DNA from: a virus
Length of the DNA stretch: 64,000 nt
IMG/VR virus record: IMGVR_UViG_3300021088_000005
Location: 1 to 64,000 of that record
Direction: 5' to 3' (one strand)
The notes beneath the pieces were generated by a model. The model worked only from the letters and a program-made list of their open reading frames with translations, ran no database searches and was not told where the DNA came from. Positions 38,801-48,344 of this stretch are shown piece by piece. Made by a program: the position numbers and the translations under genes. Each line of letters opens with the position of its first letter. Positions within the stretch are counted from its first letter, which is position 1.

Positions 38801-40983
38801 ACCTTCTCCGGAAGAGTAGCGGTTGGCAACTGCTTACCGGACTCTATGTTCTGCTGCATTTGCTTCTGCGCAGCTATTGTGTCTGCGGCATTCGCCTTGT
38901 TAATCTCGGTAACTATCTTCTTCTCATCCGGCTCTAGCGGCAATCCATGGCTCTGTTTATCTGCGACATCGTCCAGGAATCTCTTCTCTAGATCGACATA
39001 GCTAGACTTCCCTAAAATCTCACCGTAGTGGCTAGCGATAGCAACATGCAGTGGGGTGTTCTCGCGTTGCGGAACGAACATCTGCATAACCGGGCTAACG
39101 GGTTCCGGTGGGCCATATTGTCCCGCAGCTTTGCCTTCGTAGCCAAGGTTTGTTAACGCTACTCCCTTGTCCTTGACAGTGTGAATTCGGTCAGCTAGCT
39201 GATCTCGGGTCAGGTCTCCAGGAGCTATTCGCTTACCTAGTCGGTCTCCAAATGCTTTACCCATTCCATACCCGAGTGTTCCGCCGACTTCCGCACCTAC
39301 TACTCCACCTACATTGTATCCAATAGTTCCGCCTATTCCCGCTCCGCCTGCGGCTCCTAGGGTCGAAGCACCCTTCGCCAAGTTCTTAACAAACCATCCG
39401 GACTCTCCTGAACCTCGAACCGGCTGATCGCCCTTGCTGGCTACCTTCTCTAGAGCAGTCTTAACACGTATAATAGACGCTTGGTCTCTGCGCAGTCCTC
39501 TTACTCCGCTAACTCCACGTTCTTGCAGCGCACCGTCTATGCCAGTTCGGAGGCTATCCGCAGCCCAATACCTAGCTGCAAATTCCGGATCGGCGCGTAG
39601 TGCGGTAGCGACATCCCAGAAATTTCTCTTAAGAGTAGCTCTATTCAGTGCGTTTATGTCTGTGAGTATCTTTTGTGCTTCTTCTACCGTAGGATCGGTT
39701 AGGTTGAACTTTTGTGACAGATGGTTCATTCCGTCTTCTACAAAATCCTGCTGCGGACTGTCAGCTAGTTTATCGCGAACGTCTTGATTAACATTTGTAG
39801 TGATCGCGTCCTTTCCATACTTGTCTACGTGTCTTCCTACTTCGGTGTCGATATCATCTGATAGCTGCTGAGCAGCGTTCACATGATCTTCTACCGTATG
39901 GATAGGATTAGTTTCATGCAGCTTCTCCGAAGCGCCTAAGAATATCTGTGCATCTTTATCCGAATATGCGCCTTGTGTTGTATTAGTCGGAGGAGCCATC
40001 TTCTTAAAGTTATCAACAGCTTGGCGAACTGCTCTATCCTGCTTCTCACTAGTCTTCGGTATGTTTTGAACCTTACGGTTTAGCCTATCCAGTTCTGCCC
40101 CGGCCTCTATTCTTGCAGTGTGGGCGTCCTGTAGCGCAGTGCTTGCCTTACGTGAGTTTGCAGCCGCAGCGGACGCTCGGTTGTTCGCGTCGTCTACGTG
40201 CTGCTGAGTTACATTCGGATCGCCGCTATCGTGGGCCTGGGTTATTCTCTCGGCTTCCTCGCGTGCTTTGACAGCCTGGTCGGTAGCGATCTGCTGTTCT
40301 CTCAAACGCTGATCGAACATAGCGGTCGCAGAATCATGCGTAGCGCTAGCGACCTGATGCGCACGGATATCTGACCGGAAGGTCTTAGCGATTCTCTCAT
40401 GCTCGCCGCCGATTAACGTAGCTGCGATAGCAGGTACAGATTCTCCTACTATTCCTGCGATGTCTCCCTTGGCTGCTCTTTCGCGTATTCCTTCTGGGTC
40501 GAGACCAGCAACTCCGCCGATACCGCTAGCGACTGAAGATATAACAGGCTGGCCTTCATCGCGAGCCCTAGTATATCCTTCGTATACGCCTTTCGCGCCT
40601 TCGTACGCGCTATAAACTCCGCCTGTCACAAGATTAGCAGCGACAGACTTTGCGGTTTCGGTTGCAGAACTAGGCAACATAGCCTTTGTTCCCGCAGCTA
40701 CTCCGGAACCAAATCTAGACACCGCTCCCGGTTGCGCCTGCGGTTGATTATCGAACCCGAAATCGTATCCGGCCTGCGGAGTGGGCGCAGAAGCTGGTGC
40801 CGCAGCAACTGACTGAGGCTTCCCGAATCCGAAATCGAATCCGGACGATTGTGGCTGAGCCTGCGGGTCAACTGGCCCTAGTGGTTTGCCCGAAATGTCG
40901 TATGCAACACCGTTTTCTACCCTGGTCGCGTTAGGATATTGCGCAGGGGTTTGAATCTGCTCTGGTTCTGGAGTATCAACCAT
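35866..40983 (-). CDS. Giant multidomain (polyvalent-type) ejection protein: two M41-like peptidase domains, ParB-like domain, unknown C-terminal domain
   Basis: Last large gene of the virion module; HDIAH...AGGVA and HELGH...MGGIAAD; PAIVLD..GEVVDGNHRIAAA; four ENPKL-type linkers. Confidence 0.75.
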   Translation of the reverse strand: MVDTPEPEQIQTPAQYPNATRVENGVAYDISGKPLGPVDPQAQPQSSGFDFGFGKPQSVAAAPASAPTPQAGYDFGFDNQPQAQPGAVSRFGSGVAAGTKAMLPSSATETAKSVAANLVTGGVYSAYEGAKGVYEGYTRARDEGQPVISSVASGIGGVAGLDPEGIRERAAKGDIAGIVGESVPAIAATLIGGEHERIAKTFRSDIRAHQVASATHDSATAMFDQRLREQQIATDQAVKAREEAERITQAHDSGDPNVTQQHVDDANNRASAAAANSRKASTALQDAHTARIEAGAELDRLNRKVQNIPKTSEKQDRAVRQAVDNFKKMAPPTNTTQGAYSDKDAQIFLGASEKLHETNPIHTVEDHVNAAQQLSDDIDTEVGRHVDKYGKDAITTNVNQDVRDKLADSPQQDFVEDGMNHLSQKFNLTDPTVEEAQKILTDINALNRATLKRNFWDVATALRADPEFAARYWAADSLRTGIDGALQERGVSGVRGLRRDQASIIRVKTALEKVASKGDQPVRGSGESGWFVKNLAKGASTLGAAGGAGIGGTIGYNVGGVVGAEVGGTLGYGMGKAFGDRLGKRIAPGDLTRDQLADRIHTVKDKGVALTNLGYEGKAAGQYGPPEPVSPVMQMFVPQRENTPLHVAIASHYGEILGKSSYVDLEKRFLDDVADKQSHGLPLEPDEKKIVTEINKANAADTIAAQKQMQQNIESGKQLPTATLPEKVEPLLQAPRSGLAKGMDTQMGIVHDIAHAVVADARGLKVSDGIRSHIHPENVSLGSLMSTPIDWTDFVGEDKQIDWNKIKSRMADIAATYVAGGVANDLYHDIPAGENHHLGADMKALKGIFKDAGFTEVEANKMIRQAQEDAATVLSKPGVQKVIEDHASFREAGLDNQHHVSPGRLQQIIQDTKGASNEQPTGKPPANGPGAKGPATGNGAGSETATEEGNPAKLRPKGKGPAKGKGEGVRRNESAATEPQPRPANPKLGTKIVDGSDVVNHLMKTSKISEEDARYLTKQYGAGKYALKDVPIQRVPDTQEDLDNFVPRKGYVYAGDNYNPALAEKYAKLKSPLPAIVLDRDGEVVDGNHRIAAADMRGDKTIKAYVPIENLKPENPKLGAEESEDLMHELQSARKQNWPIEVIDSQGNSRIEKVPAFSSKDAIRVAQKKFPGESTWGTTTGPEPIPAGEYKVPTGKSHRFGNPGVNQEFTKPDINVERHELGHALVGLASGLDVRGMLSHLHPDLQAIGAKRGAVRFEYDNISDPSGAIKPESVPSLVRSLMGGIAADEVFNEQPRDNNVNFDSTRPGSDAGMARRMMLRAGYTEGEIQEKLHQAVDSAKSHLTKPEVSDIIKENAGFREPGLSRQFHYSEDRLRAMHNEIQRRAQNGANNTANGGEGGSGHPENVPGTEGGSPEAPGRAVETPENPKLGLRETTTGDPKADEAIRDAGAIPAGRMFPGEPYELKSFHDPKTGSTLNIKATEPITAEAIRQRLADSRAKFAAGIEALKTPENPKLSPNREVPYEVVENYIDRRNQVADNVMSEYKDSLGKPDQRQKWSVVPAGRLKKIWNDYAKNGFVRDEAGIDRIADTVLENIHKLHANNILTGHSPYSPEEYAEDITGDKVPEGHFEKNENFFDDGKGGWRITDYGMDKLERGAADLMMAKTAEDKLQAIDYILSVTHMRSDLSSWFVEDGQKTLNSLFGKK
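36696..36824 (-). CDS. Overprinted 42-aa helical protein after peptidase domain 2
   Basis: SD GGAG-8nt-ATG; MELTIQQMAEKAAQDIQKMSPEQKAEVRKHLDEQLKPQKTQS; homologous to 38019..38234. Confidence 0.7.
   Translation of the reverse strand: MELTIQQMAEKAAQDIQKMSPEQKAEVRKHLDEQLKPQKTQS
38019..38234 (-). CDS. Overprinted 71-aa helical protein after peptidase domain 1
   Basis: SD AAGGGAG-6nt-ATG; MNSQQGSLQQMAQELRDQLQGMEPDQKQQLRKGIQQSF...TQS. Confidence 0.7.
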   Translation of the reverse strand: MNSQQGSLQQMAQELRDQLQGMEPDQKQQLRKGIQQSFDRRGRDLLKEKAKAYEEMNQPQQSPSPDQQTQS

Positions 40984-40992
40984 CTTATATCC

Positions 40993-43185
40993 TTACAGCG
41001 GCTGTCCCGTCTGTTGACTATACTTCTTTCCTGTTGCGTCCTGAATCGAACCGTCAGACATCTTCCATACCGGAGTTCCGTTTGCAGCCTTTCCTGGGTT
41101 CGGGTTGACTGCGCCCTTAGGTGCTGCCGGAGTCTGATCTACTGGCTGACCTGCCATCTTAGCGAGAATATTACGCTGAGCATTCATAGTTGCCAGGTCC
41201 CCAGGCATGCGAGCCGCGTATTCCTTGCTTGGAGCACTCTCGTCCCATGTGTCCTTTAGGGTTCCAAACTTGTCCATCATAGACTGTGCCTGGGTTGTGA
41301 TTGCTGCTTCGCGGCCTCCAGGAAGATTAGCTGCCAACGTAGATTTGATGTTGGCAATAGCCGGAACTGTACTATCTCCGTAGAATGCCGCCAATTCTGT
41401 TGACAAAGTGTCAATCTTGTTCATGTAGGCATTGTACGCAGGGGTTCCCGGAACGTGACTTGTGTTGGTGTTGAGTGCCATTGCTTCCTGCAAATGCTTC
41501 AACGCAGTGACTCCGCTCTTAAGCTGATCTCCGGTCTTCCCAGAAGTGTACTTTGTGTAATTTTCCATATAACTCTTGATCTTGTCTGGTTCGAAATCCG
41601 GATATGCTCTTGTAACCGCGTTGATTACTTCTGGCTTACGCGATAGCAAGTAGCTCAAGTTATTAATAGGAGCCTTTCCTTGCCCGATCAAGTCCACTGT
41701 TGAGCGAGCCGCAGATGGCAAGCTAGCTCTAAATGCCTCTGGGGTTGTTGCGTTCTCGTCGCCCGCGAAGTCGCCGTTCTTAAGCTTGTCTGCCGCAGCC
41801 TTAGCATTTATCTCCAAGACTTTGTTCTCTTCCTCTTGCTTATTGTGCCTCTCAACTTCGGTCTGCTTGCGATCTTCCTCTACCTTCTTCTCGTAGTTTT
41901 CCTTTGCAGCCGGGGTCAGTGCAGACATAGCTAAGTCAATCTTACGTGATGCGTCTTCCATCTGCTGTTTCTTCTGCTGCAATGCCTGGGTCACCGGATT
42001 CGGTTGTCCAGGTTGACTCGGGTTCTTCTTTTCTACAGCATCGATCATCTGATCTACCGCTGCTAGATGAGCGTCAGCGTTCTTACGTGCTTCGGTCAAC
42101 CCGCCGACTGGATCGATGGCGATGTAGTGCTGAATCTGAGGATCGGTCAAAGCATCGTTAACTCTGCGAGACTGTTCCGCAGACATGTCTTCTTGGTTTG
42201 CTTTCTCCATCCTAGTCTGAGCCGCCCGTACACCGTCGGCTTGTGATGATAGCGCGTCTAGCTCTGAGAAACTCAATGATGTGTTTGCTGGTATCTTCTT
42301 GCCTGTCCATCTTGATAGATACTCGGCCTCGGCACTTGATATTGGCTGTCTCTTCTCGGTCATGTCAGTCTTAGAAATAGAATATGTCGGAGACATTACC
42401 GGATTTCCGTTCTTATCCACTGCTGGCTTGCCATCTTTGTAAACAGGCTGTTCTCCGGTAGGACGACCTGTGTGGGTCTTCCAGAAGTTTGGGTCTTTAG
42501 ACAGCATGTCGTTTAACTGATCTTGGGTGACATCATCCTGATTGTTAGAAGTGTCGTACCTAGATCGCAGGTTCTTCATGAACGATGTGCCCTGGTCGTA
42601 CTCGGTCTTTCTATCCTGCATGTCCTGACGGTACATGTTGCGGGTGTTCATTGCGATACGCTGAGTGGTTTCAGCACGTAGCAATTCCTGATTCTTCTCT
42701 TTCGAGATAGCTTCCTTCTCTTGAGCCTGACGCTGACCGCGTGCTTGTAGTGTTCTGGCAACTCCGGTCAGTGCTCCGCCGCCGTTCGGGGCGGGTTCTC
42801 CCGCAGCCGCAGCATCACTGATGCTGCCCATCATACCAGTCACTCCGGCTAGAACAGCCTTAGCCCATCCACCGGGCGCAGCAACCGCAGCCGGATTAGA
42901 CTTAGCCGCAGCATCCATTCCCTGCGCCATCCTTGTAACAGCCGGAGACTTTACAGGTCGTAGGATGTTCTGTAGAGCCTGAACCCCAGGCAGGTCGCCT
43001 AAAGTAGCGCGGGTCTGGTCTTCGTCCTGGTTATCTTGGTCAGGTTGTTCCGCGTTCTGTGGTGCAGCTTGTAGCGCGGCGACCCCAGGGGCCATGGTCT
43101 GTCCGACCATGCCTGCGGGAGTAGTATTTCCTAGAACGTCCGTGCTAGGAGAGCTAGGAAGTTGTCCTGGTACTATCTCTGTCAT
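40993..43185 (-). CDS. Internal virion/ejection protein (coiled-coil)
   Basis: A/Q-rich helical 730 aa in podoviral ejection-gene position. Confidence 0.65.
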   Translation of the reverse strand: MTEIVPGQLPSSPSTDVLGNTTPAGMVGQTMAPGVAALQAAPQNAEQPDQDNQDEDQTRATLGDLPGVQALQNILRPVKSPAVTRMAQGMDAAAKSNPAAVAAPGGWAKAVLAGVTGMMGSISDAAAAGEPAPNGGGALTGVARTLQARGQRQAQEKEAISKEKNQELLRAETTQRIAMNTRNMYRQDMQDRKTEYDQGTSFMKNLRSRYDTSNNQDDVTQDQLNDMLSKDPNFWKTHTGRPTGEQPVYKDGKPAVDKNGNPVMSPTYSISKTDMTEKRQPISSAEAEYLSRWTGKKIPANTSLSFSELDALSSQADGVRAAQTRMEKANQEDMSAEQSRRVNDALTDPQIQHYIAIDPVGGLTEARKNADAHLAAVDQMIDAVEKKNPSQPGQPNPVTQALQQKKQQMEDASRKIDLAMSALTPAAKENYEKKVEEDRKQTEVERHNKQEEENKVLEINAKAAADKLKNGDFAGDENATTPEAFRASLPSAARSTVDLIGQGKAPINNLSYLLSRKPEVINAVTRAYPDFEPDKIKSYMENYTKYTSGKTGDQLKSGVTALKHLQEAMALNTNTSHVPGTPAYNAYMNKIDTLSTELAAFYGDSTVPAIANIKSTLAANLPGGREAAITTQAQSMMDKFGTLKDTWDESAPSKEYAARMPGDLATMNAQRNILAKMAGQPVDQTPAAPKGAVNPNPGKAANGTPVWKMSDGSIQDATGKKYSQQTGQPL

Positions 43186-43194
43186 GTTATCCTC

Positions 43195-43893
43195 TTATCC
43201 CTTAAGTCCGCCAGCGAACCCGCTAAAGAAGTTACCTACCTGTTCGCCACCTGTCGAGGTTCCCGCTGTGTCTAGGTTACCTAAACCGCCACTAATACCG
43301 CCCATCAAGCCGCCAGCTAATGAAGTAATACCACCTGCGATAGCCATCTGCTCTTGATTCTTCTGTTCTTGGACTGTCTTAGCTTCACCGAACGCGCTTT
43401 GGTTTGACGCACTAGTCTCGCCAGCTAGTTGACCCGGAGCGTAATCTGCTTGTAGAGCCTGCAACCCACCTGCGGCGGTCTGCCAGTTCTGTCTTCCCTG
43501 ATTATAGTTCGCATTCGTGATGGCAAGGCTTTCTTGAGACGATTGGTTTGCCGCTGCGTTAGCTGCGGTTTGCCTTAAAGTGTCTTCTCCGCCAGTCGGA
43601 AGATACTCGTTTCCGCCGCCGCGTGCAGCCAAGGTATTGTTCAAACTTGTCTGAGCTTTCGCGTAGTTAGCAGCGACCCCTTCTCCCGCTTCGGTGTTCA
43701 GCGCAGCTAGTTGCTGTGGTTCGAACCCCTGCTGATCCGGACCTGCCTGGAATATAGGAGTGTAAACATTGTTCATGTTTTGCAACACCCCGGCCTGGTC
43801 AGCGAAGTTTGTTGCATACTGACCTTGCAGCAACCGACTGAACGCCGATTCCTGGGAAGCTAACTGTTTTTCTGAATCACTTGGTCCGCAAAT
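43195..43893 (-). CDS. Internal virion/pilot protein, likely ATT start
   Basis: A/Q/G-rich with Gly-zipper C-terminus; frame is open upstream of the TTG to ATT-TGC-GGA-CCA behind SD GAGGGT. Confidence 0.6.
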   Translation of the reverse strand: MCGPSDSEKQLASQESAFSRLLQGQYATNFADQAGVLQNMNNVYTPIFQAGPDQQGFEPQQLAALNTEAGEGVAANYAKAQTSLNNTLAARGGGNEYLPTGGEDTLRQTAANAAANQSSQESLAITNANYNQGRQNWQTAAGGLQALQADYAPGQLAGETSASNQSAFGEAKTVQEQKNQEQMAIAGGITSLAGGLMGGISGGLGNLDTAGTSTGGEQVGNFFSGFAGGLKG

Positions 43894-44315
43894 ATGGCTA
43901 CCCTCACCTGGTAATCGCTACCGCCTGCTGGTTCGAATCCGAATTTTCGTTTCATAAAATCAATAAGCAATTTACTAGTCGATTGGAATACGACCAGATT
44001 GGCTTGCTGCTGTTTACTGTAGTCAAGAACAATCGGAACACACTTAATCATTGCCTTAACCAATCGAAGCTTCTGCACATCTCCGCGAGGCGCGAACTGG
44101 GTGTGCAATCTGATCGCTCCGAATAAGTCTTTCGGGTCGAGTCTGACATAACAGATCGATCCGGTGTCATCGTCCAGTCTGAATGACAACAGACTTCCTG
44201 GAACGCCTGTCAGCCACCAGATCGGATCGAGGCAATCCTTATGGTAAGGATCGTTCTGAATCCATCTGGTAAGCTGATCGATGTCTTCCTGTGTTGATGG
44301 GATTAGTTTAATCAT
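43860..44315 (-). CDS. GNAT-like protein
   Basis: Position before the ejection genes; IRLHTQF...STSKLLIDFMKRKFGF. Confidence 0.5.
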   Translation of the reverse strand: MIKLIPSTQEDIDQLTRWIQNDPYHKDCLDPIWWLTGVPGSLLSFRLDDDTGSICYVRLDPKDLFGAIRLHTQFAPRGDVQKLRLVKAMIKCVPIVLDYSKQQQANLVVFQSTSKLLIDFMKRKFGFEPAGGSDYQVRVAIFADQVIQKNS

Positions 44316-46057
44316 TAGGTTATCGTTGTGTCTACAATTGTGTACTGGATAGACAAAGTTACAGTGCCGTCTCCGACGGTAGGATCGGCCACGTCCGTAA
44401 ATGCGAACAACGCTGTGTTAACCTGATCGGCTGTTGGTATATTGCGGTCAAAAGACCCACCGTTGTTGTAGGCATCCGTAGCTTGATCTATAAATCCAGC
44501 GTTAGACGCTAAAAACCACACGGATGAGGCTTGATTATTGTTAAAGCACAATCCGATTTGAGACGAACCGTTCAGTGTAAACGCCGTCGTGTTGTGACGG
44601 TAGTGTGCTAACGTAGACACAATTAGATAGGTCTTGTTAGCTCCCGGTGCCGGAAGTACTTGTGTCGGCACTGAATGCAGGGTCTTTATCTGTGCTGCTG
44701 TCAGTGTAAATGTCTTCGACTGGATGTACGCAGCGCTCCCGCTTGTAGAATTCTGGAACTGCAACGCACCCGATACAGATACTCCGCCCCAAGTGAACGC
44801 ACCGGAGTTGCTGATATTAGTTGTCGTAGTAGCGTTGGTTCCCGCGCCGACCGTATCGTTTATAGATGTAGACGACAAAATGCCCGCAGAACCGTTCCAC
44901 CATGAGCTATCTACGATGAAACTTGTCGAATTGACATTTCCAATTGCAGTCGCTAACGCGGAAGTCAAAGTAACATTTCCACCGACAAACTGAGACTGAG
45001 TTGACAACTGACCTGTAGACACTGAAACAGGCATACTTATTAATGAGTTAGCAAGACTCTGCTTATTTTTAATGGTCAGAGTCTGACCACCGATTCCTGC
45101 ATTCCCCACGCCGACAGAAACCTGCATCGTGAACGAATCATCTTCGGTTGCCGATCCGGTCCATACCTGTCCGCCGATCTCGAATATCGGAGAGTTCTGG
45201 TTAGCAAGGCTTGTGGCTGCTGTGCGATTAAATATCTGCGTAGTTGTTGTGGCGGTTCCGCCAAAGAAGTTATTCGCGCTAGCGGAATAGAATCCGAAAC
45301 CACTTCCTGTCTGAGGGTCCGCATGGAACGCCGCGCTTAAAGTATCGCCCGCCAATCCCTGGTCGTCAGAATGAAAACCGAAGTTATTGTGCATTGTTCC
45401 GGAGTTAGAAGCAGACACTGCCCAAAATGCCATATTGGTAGTAGTCGTACCTCCTTGGCAATTAGTTTCTCCAAGAACGCTGAACATCTTAGTAACTGTA
45501 CCAGGGCCATTATTTGCGGCGAAAGTTACAATTGCGCCGTTAAAAGATTGAACTGCTCCTATGCTAGGAGCGCTAAAAGTATCCGCTTCTACCGCGAACA
45601 TACTAGAATCAGCAGTTCCTTCTGCTAATGTAGTAGAATAAACTCCTGACGAAGTAGTGTTATTTGTAGACTGCCCAACGGCCATTACAGCATACTGATT
45701 TCCAACCGACCCGCTTATCAGCGCAGAAAATCTTGATGTTGTAGGCTGCGGTGTTATAGAAGAAAACAAAGGGTCGAGTCCACTGATAGACCCGACTTCT
45801 AGTTCTTGCGCAACCGTATTCCATGTGAAGTTAGGGTCGCCTATCAAGGTGTCCGTTCCGGAACCGAAACCTACTTGTCCCGCAGGTAAAGTAGCACCAG
45901 TACCAAATAGCAGACTACCCTGAAGATGTCCATCAGAATCGATCCACCCGAACACCTGTCCGCCCTGGCTATTTGCAAGCTGAAGGAAATCGAACGTGGC
46001 GCGGCGCGGATTTACGAACTGACCTATAACTGTCTGTGTTGTTGGAGTAAGTCCCAT
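44315..46057 (-). CDS. Tail fibre/spike protein
   Basis: T/S/G/A-rich beta composition; C-terminal LTAAQIKTLHSVPTQVLPAPGA domain. Confidence 0.65.
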   Translation of the reverse strand: MGLTPTTQTVIGQFVNPRRATFDFLQLANSQGGQVFGWIDSDGHLQGSLLFGTGATLPAGQVGFGSGTDTLIGDPNFTWNTVAQELEVGSISGLDPLFSSITPQPTTSRFSALISGSVGNQYAVMAVGQSTNNTTSSGVYSTTLAEGTADSSMFAVEADTFSAPSIGAVQSFNGAIVTFAANNGPGTVTKMFSVLGETNCQGGTTTTNMAFWAVSASNSGTMHNNFGFHSDDQGLAGDTLSAAFHADPQTGSGFGFYSASANNFFGGTATTTTQIFNRTAATSLANQNSPIFEIGGQVWTGSATEDDSFTMQVSVGVGNAGIGGQTLTIKNKQSLANSLISMPVSVSTGQLSTQSQFVGGNVTLTSALATAIGNVNSTSFIVDSSWWNGSAGILSSTSINDTVGAGTNATTTTNISNSGAFTWGGVSVSGALQFQNSTSGSAAYIQSKTFTLTAAQIKTLHSVPTQVLPAPGANKTYLIVSTLAHYRHNTTAFTLNGSSQIGLCFNNNQASSVWFLASNAGFIDQATDAYNNGGSFDRNIPTADQVNTALFAFTDVADPTVGDGTVTLSIQYTIVDTTIT

Positions 46058-46065
46058 GTGTCCTC

Positions 46066-46317
46066 TTATGTCTTGCTAATACCTGTGAATCCTGGTCGTG
46101 TCCAGTCTTCTGGGTGCGCCGGAGCAGGCTCTGCCTTCCAGCCCGGTCCCGCCTTCGGGCTCGGAGAAATCTTGTCGTCCGCGTCTCCCGGCTTCGGAAG
46201 CGACTGATCGGTGTATGTTTTCGGCTTGGTCTGGTCTATGACACCTTCGATCTCCATAGACGATTCGCCCTTACGGGCGTTGCGAGCCGATTTATATGAT
46301 GGTTTGTTGTCTGCCAT
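46066..46317 (-). CDS. Small hypothetical protein
   Basis: In operon, short intergenic gaps. Confidence 0.5.
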   Translation of the reverse strand: MADNKPSYKSARNARKGESSMEIEGVIDQTKPKTYTDQSLPKPGDADDKISPSPKAGPGWKAEPAPAHPEDWTRPGFTGISKT

Positions 46318-46326
46318 AATATCTCT

Positions 46327-47187
46327 TTATAGATCAGAAACTATAAAAACTTGTTCGAGTGTAAGAGCGCTGGACCCGCTGGTAAAGCATTCACTTGACG
46401 CGCAATACCGCAAATTAGTACTAGCAGATGGGAGGTGTGTTGTAATAGTAGCAACAAGAGCGCCATTTATATAAAATGTAACATTAGGAATAGTATCATT
46501 AAAAATTATTCCGAATTCAACCGGACCGTTGATAATCGGGGCAATTCCAGAACTTACGATAGTCTGGGTCGTTCCATCTTTTGTAATACACTGCCACGAT
46601 GTGTCGGGTACTGTAGTATCATACCTAAATGCAGCGTAATTTCCGGCGGGATTAGCGCTTGCACCCTGCGTTGCAAGAGTTTGATCTGTTAACCCAAACC
46701 ACCATCTTTCGTCTGTAATCCTTCCTCCGGGACCTGCTATCATCAAAAAAGCTATATTTCTTCCGGTTCTGTAGTTAGCGTTTCCGGATGCACCGCTTAC
46801 AACATTATTGCTGTTTACGAAAATACCGATTGCCGGGCCTAGTGTTGCATTTACTATGTCTGCAACTGAACTTCCTGAAGTAGTGTTGACATCCCCTATT
46901 GTAGAAAATGTCGTAGTAGAACCGTCTGCGCTGCCTATGGTCTGTCGTCTATGGCCCAACACACCCGCTGTGGACCCGCTACCAGCGTTGGCCTGAACGA
47001 ATGCGGTAGTCGCTATCTGATTTGTATTAGTGCCAAGTGTCGCTGTAGGAGCAGTTGGAATACTGGTCAGAGCAGGGGACACAGACAGAACAACTGTTCC
47101 CGACCCTGTAGTACCATCCGATAGGTCTGCCGCAGCGGGCTGCTGAAGACCTACCGGAGTCAGATACTTGTTAGTTGCATTGCTCAT
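46327..47187 (-). CDS. Tail fibre protein with lectin-like C-domain
   Basis: SPALTSIPTAPTA..GTNTNQIATTAFVQA fibre motif; VTFYINGALVATITTHLP. Confidence 0.7.
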   Translation of the reverse strand: MSNATNKYLTPVGLQQPAAADLSDGTTGSGTVVLSVSPALTSIPTAPTATLGTNTNQIATTAFVQANAGSGSTAGVLGHRRQTIGSADGSTTTFSTIGDVNTTSGSSVADIVNATLGPAIGIFVNSNNVVSGASGNANYRTGRNIAFLMIAGPGGRITDERWWFGLTDQTLATQGASANPAGNYAAFRYDTTVPDTSWQCITKDGTTQTIVSSGIAPIINGPVEFGIIFNDTIPNVTFYINGALVATITTHLPSASTNLRYCASSECFTSGSSALTLEQVFIVSDL

Positions 47188-48341
47188 TAGATTCCTATTG
47201 CTCTAGCTCTATAGGCAAACTGCATCGGAGTAGCTCCGCTAGACGCATATGCGGTTACCTGCCCGACATCAAACTGGATATTTGTAGACGCCTTTGCGTT
47301 TACGACAAATGTTCCCTGAACAAATGTCGATAAGGTGTTTGTCGTAAGCCCGGATGTCAACGGAACAGTAATCGTTGCTCCGCTATCTTGGTCCGTCCAC
47401 TTGATTCTAGAATCCGGTAAGGTAGATGAAACAGTAGCGGCTTGACTTACTATCATGAATACTTCTATCAAATACAACCCCGCACTAACTACAGCAAACA
47501 GGGTTGTCGCTGCTATGTTAGCAGACTGTGCTGTTAAATTTGCGGAACCTGATACAGAAATTCCGCCGCCTGTGCCATTTGACACCGCTGTAATAATGCC
47601 CTGAGCATCTACAGTTAGGTTTGTATTTGTGTACGATCCGGCTACAACTCCTGCCTGAGCCTTGACCGCTATTGTGTTATTCGGCCACGAACCTGTAATC
47701 GTTATATCCGCGCCCTGTACTAAACCAGGGGTCGCTGTTCCTGTACCACCAGATGCTATGCCAAGTATTCCGGATATGTCTGTGAACGCAAGCTGTCCCA
47801 CAGTAAACGATCCGCCAACTGTGCTTTGCTGGACAACTTGGTGCGCTCCACCAGTAGCCGATAGGATAGACCCCGTTCCACCAGATGCCACGCCTAGCGG
47901 ATTGCTAATAGTCAAACTTCCTATAATTGATAGAGTGCTGGTACCGTTGTTCCACTCAAACTGCGCCGCTCCTGCAAGCGCTCCGCCGTTATTAAACTGA
48001 ACAGCGCTGTTAGGACCTGCGGCAGCAGCGTTAACAAACTCCTGCACTGTAGATGTAACAGACGAAGCCGCTGCGGAGTTTATGCTTGGTATTCCGCTAG
48101 GCGGAAGCGGCGCGATACGGAATGAGCTAAGGCCGGGACGATTGTACTGCTTTAGAGTATCCGGCGAATACTGCAACGGCAGAGGAATCGTTGTACGTAA
48201 ATAAGGTGAAGATTGAGTCTCTGCTGTCGGTGACTGGCTCGGTCCTGTCGGAGTAAGGTTCGGAATTTGCGGCTGCGGAACATCTGGTGGTGGCGCAGGC
48301 GTCCAGCCTTTCATTTCCGGGAAGAAATCGGAAAGAGCCAT
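47187..48341 (-). CDS. Tail fibre protein
   Basis: VQFNNGG, LGVASGGTG repeats, AGSYTNTNLTVDAQG. Confidence 0.7.
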   Translation of the reverse strand: MALSDFFPEMKGWTPAPPPDVPQPQIPNLTPTGPSQSPTAETQSSPYLRTTIPLPLQYSPDTLKQYNRPGLSSFRIAPLPPSGIPSINSAAASSVTSTVQEFVNAAAAGPNSAVQFNNGGALAGAAQFEWNNGTSTLSIIGSLTISNPLGVASGGTGSILSATGGAHQVVQQSTVGGSFTVGQLAFTDISGILGIASGGTGTATPGLVQGADITITGSWPNNTIAVKAQAGVVAGSYTNTNLTVDAQGIITAVSNGTGGGISVSGSANLTAQSANIAATTLFAVVSAGLYLIEVFMIVSQAATVSSTLPDSRIKWTDQDSGATITVPLTSGLTTNTLSTFVQGTFVVNAKASTNIQFDVGQVTAYASSGATPMQFAYRARAIGI

Positions 48342-48344
48342 CCT

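Noticed and set aside
44315-48341. Diversity-generating retroelement acting on tail fibres
   Set aside because: No reverse transcriptase and no template/variable repeat pair seen.
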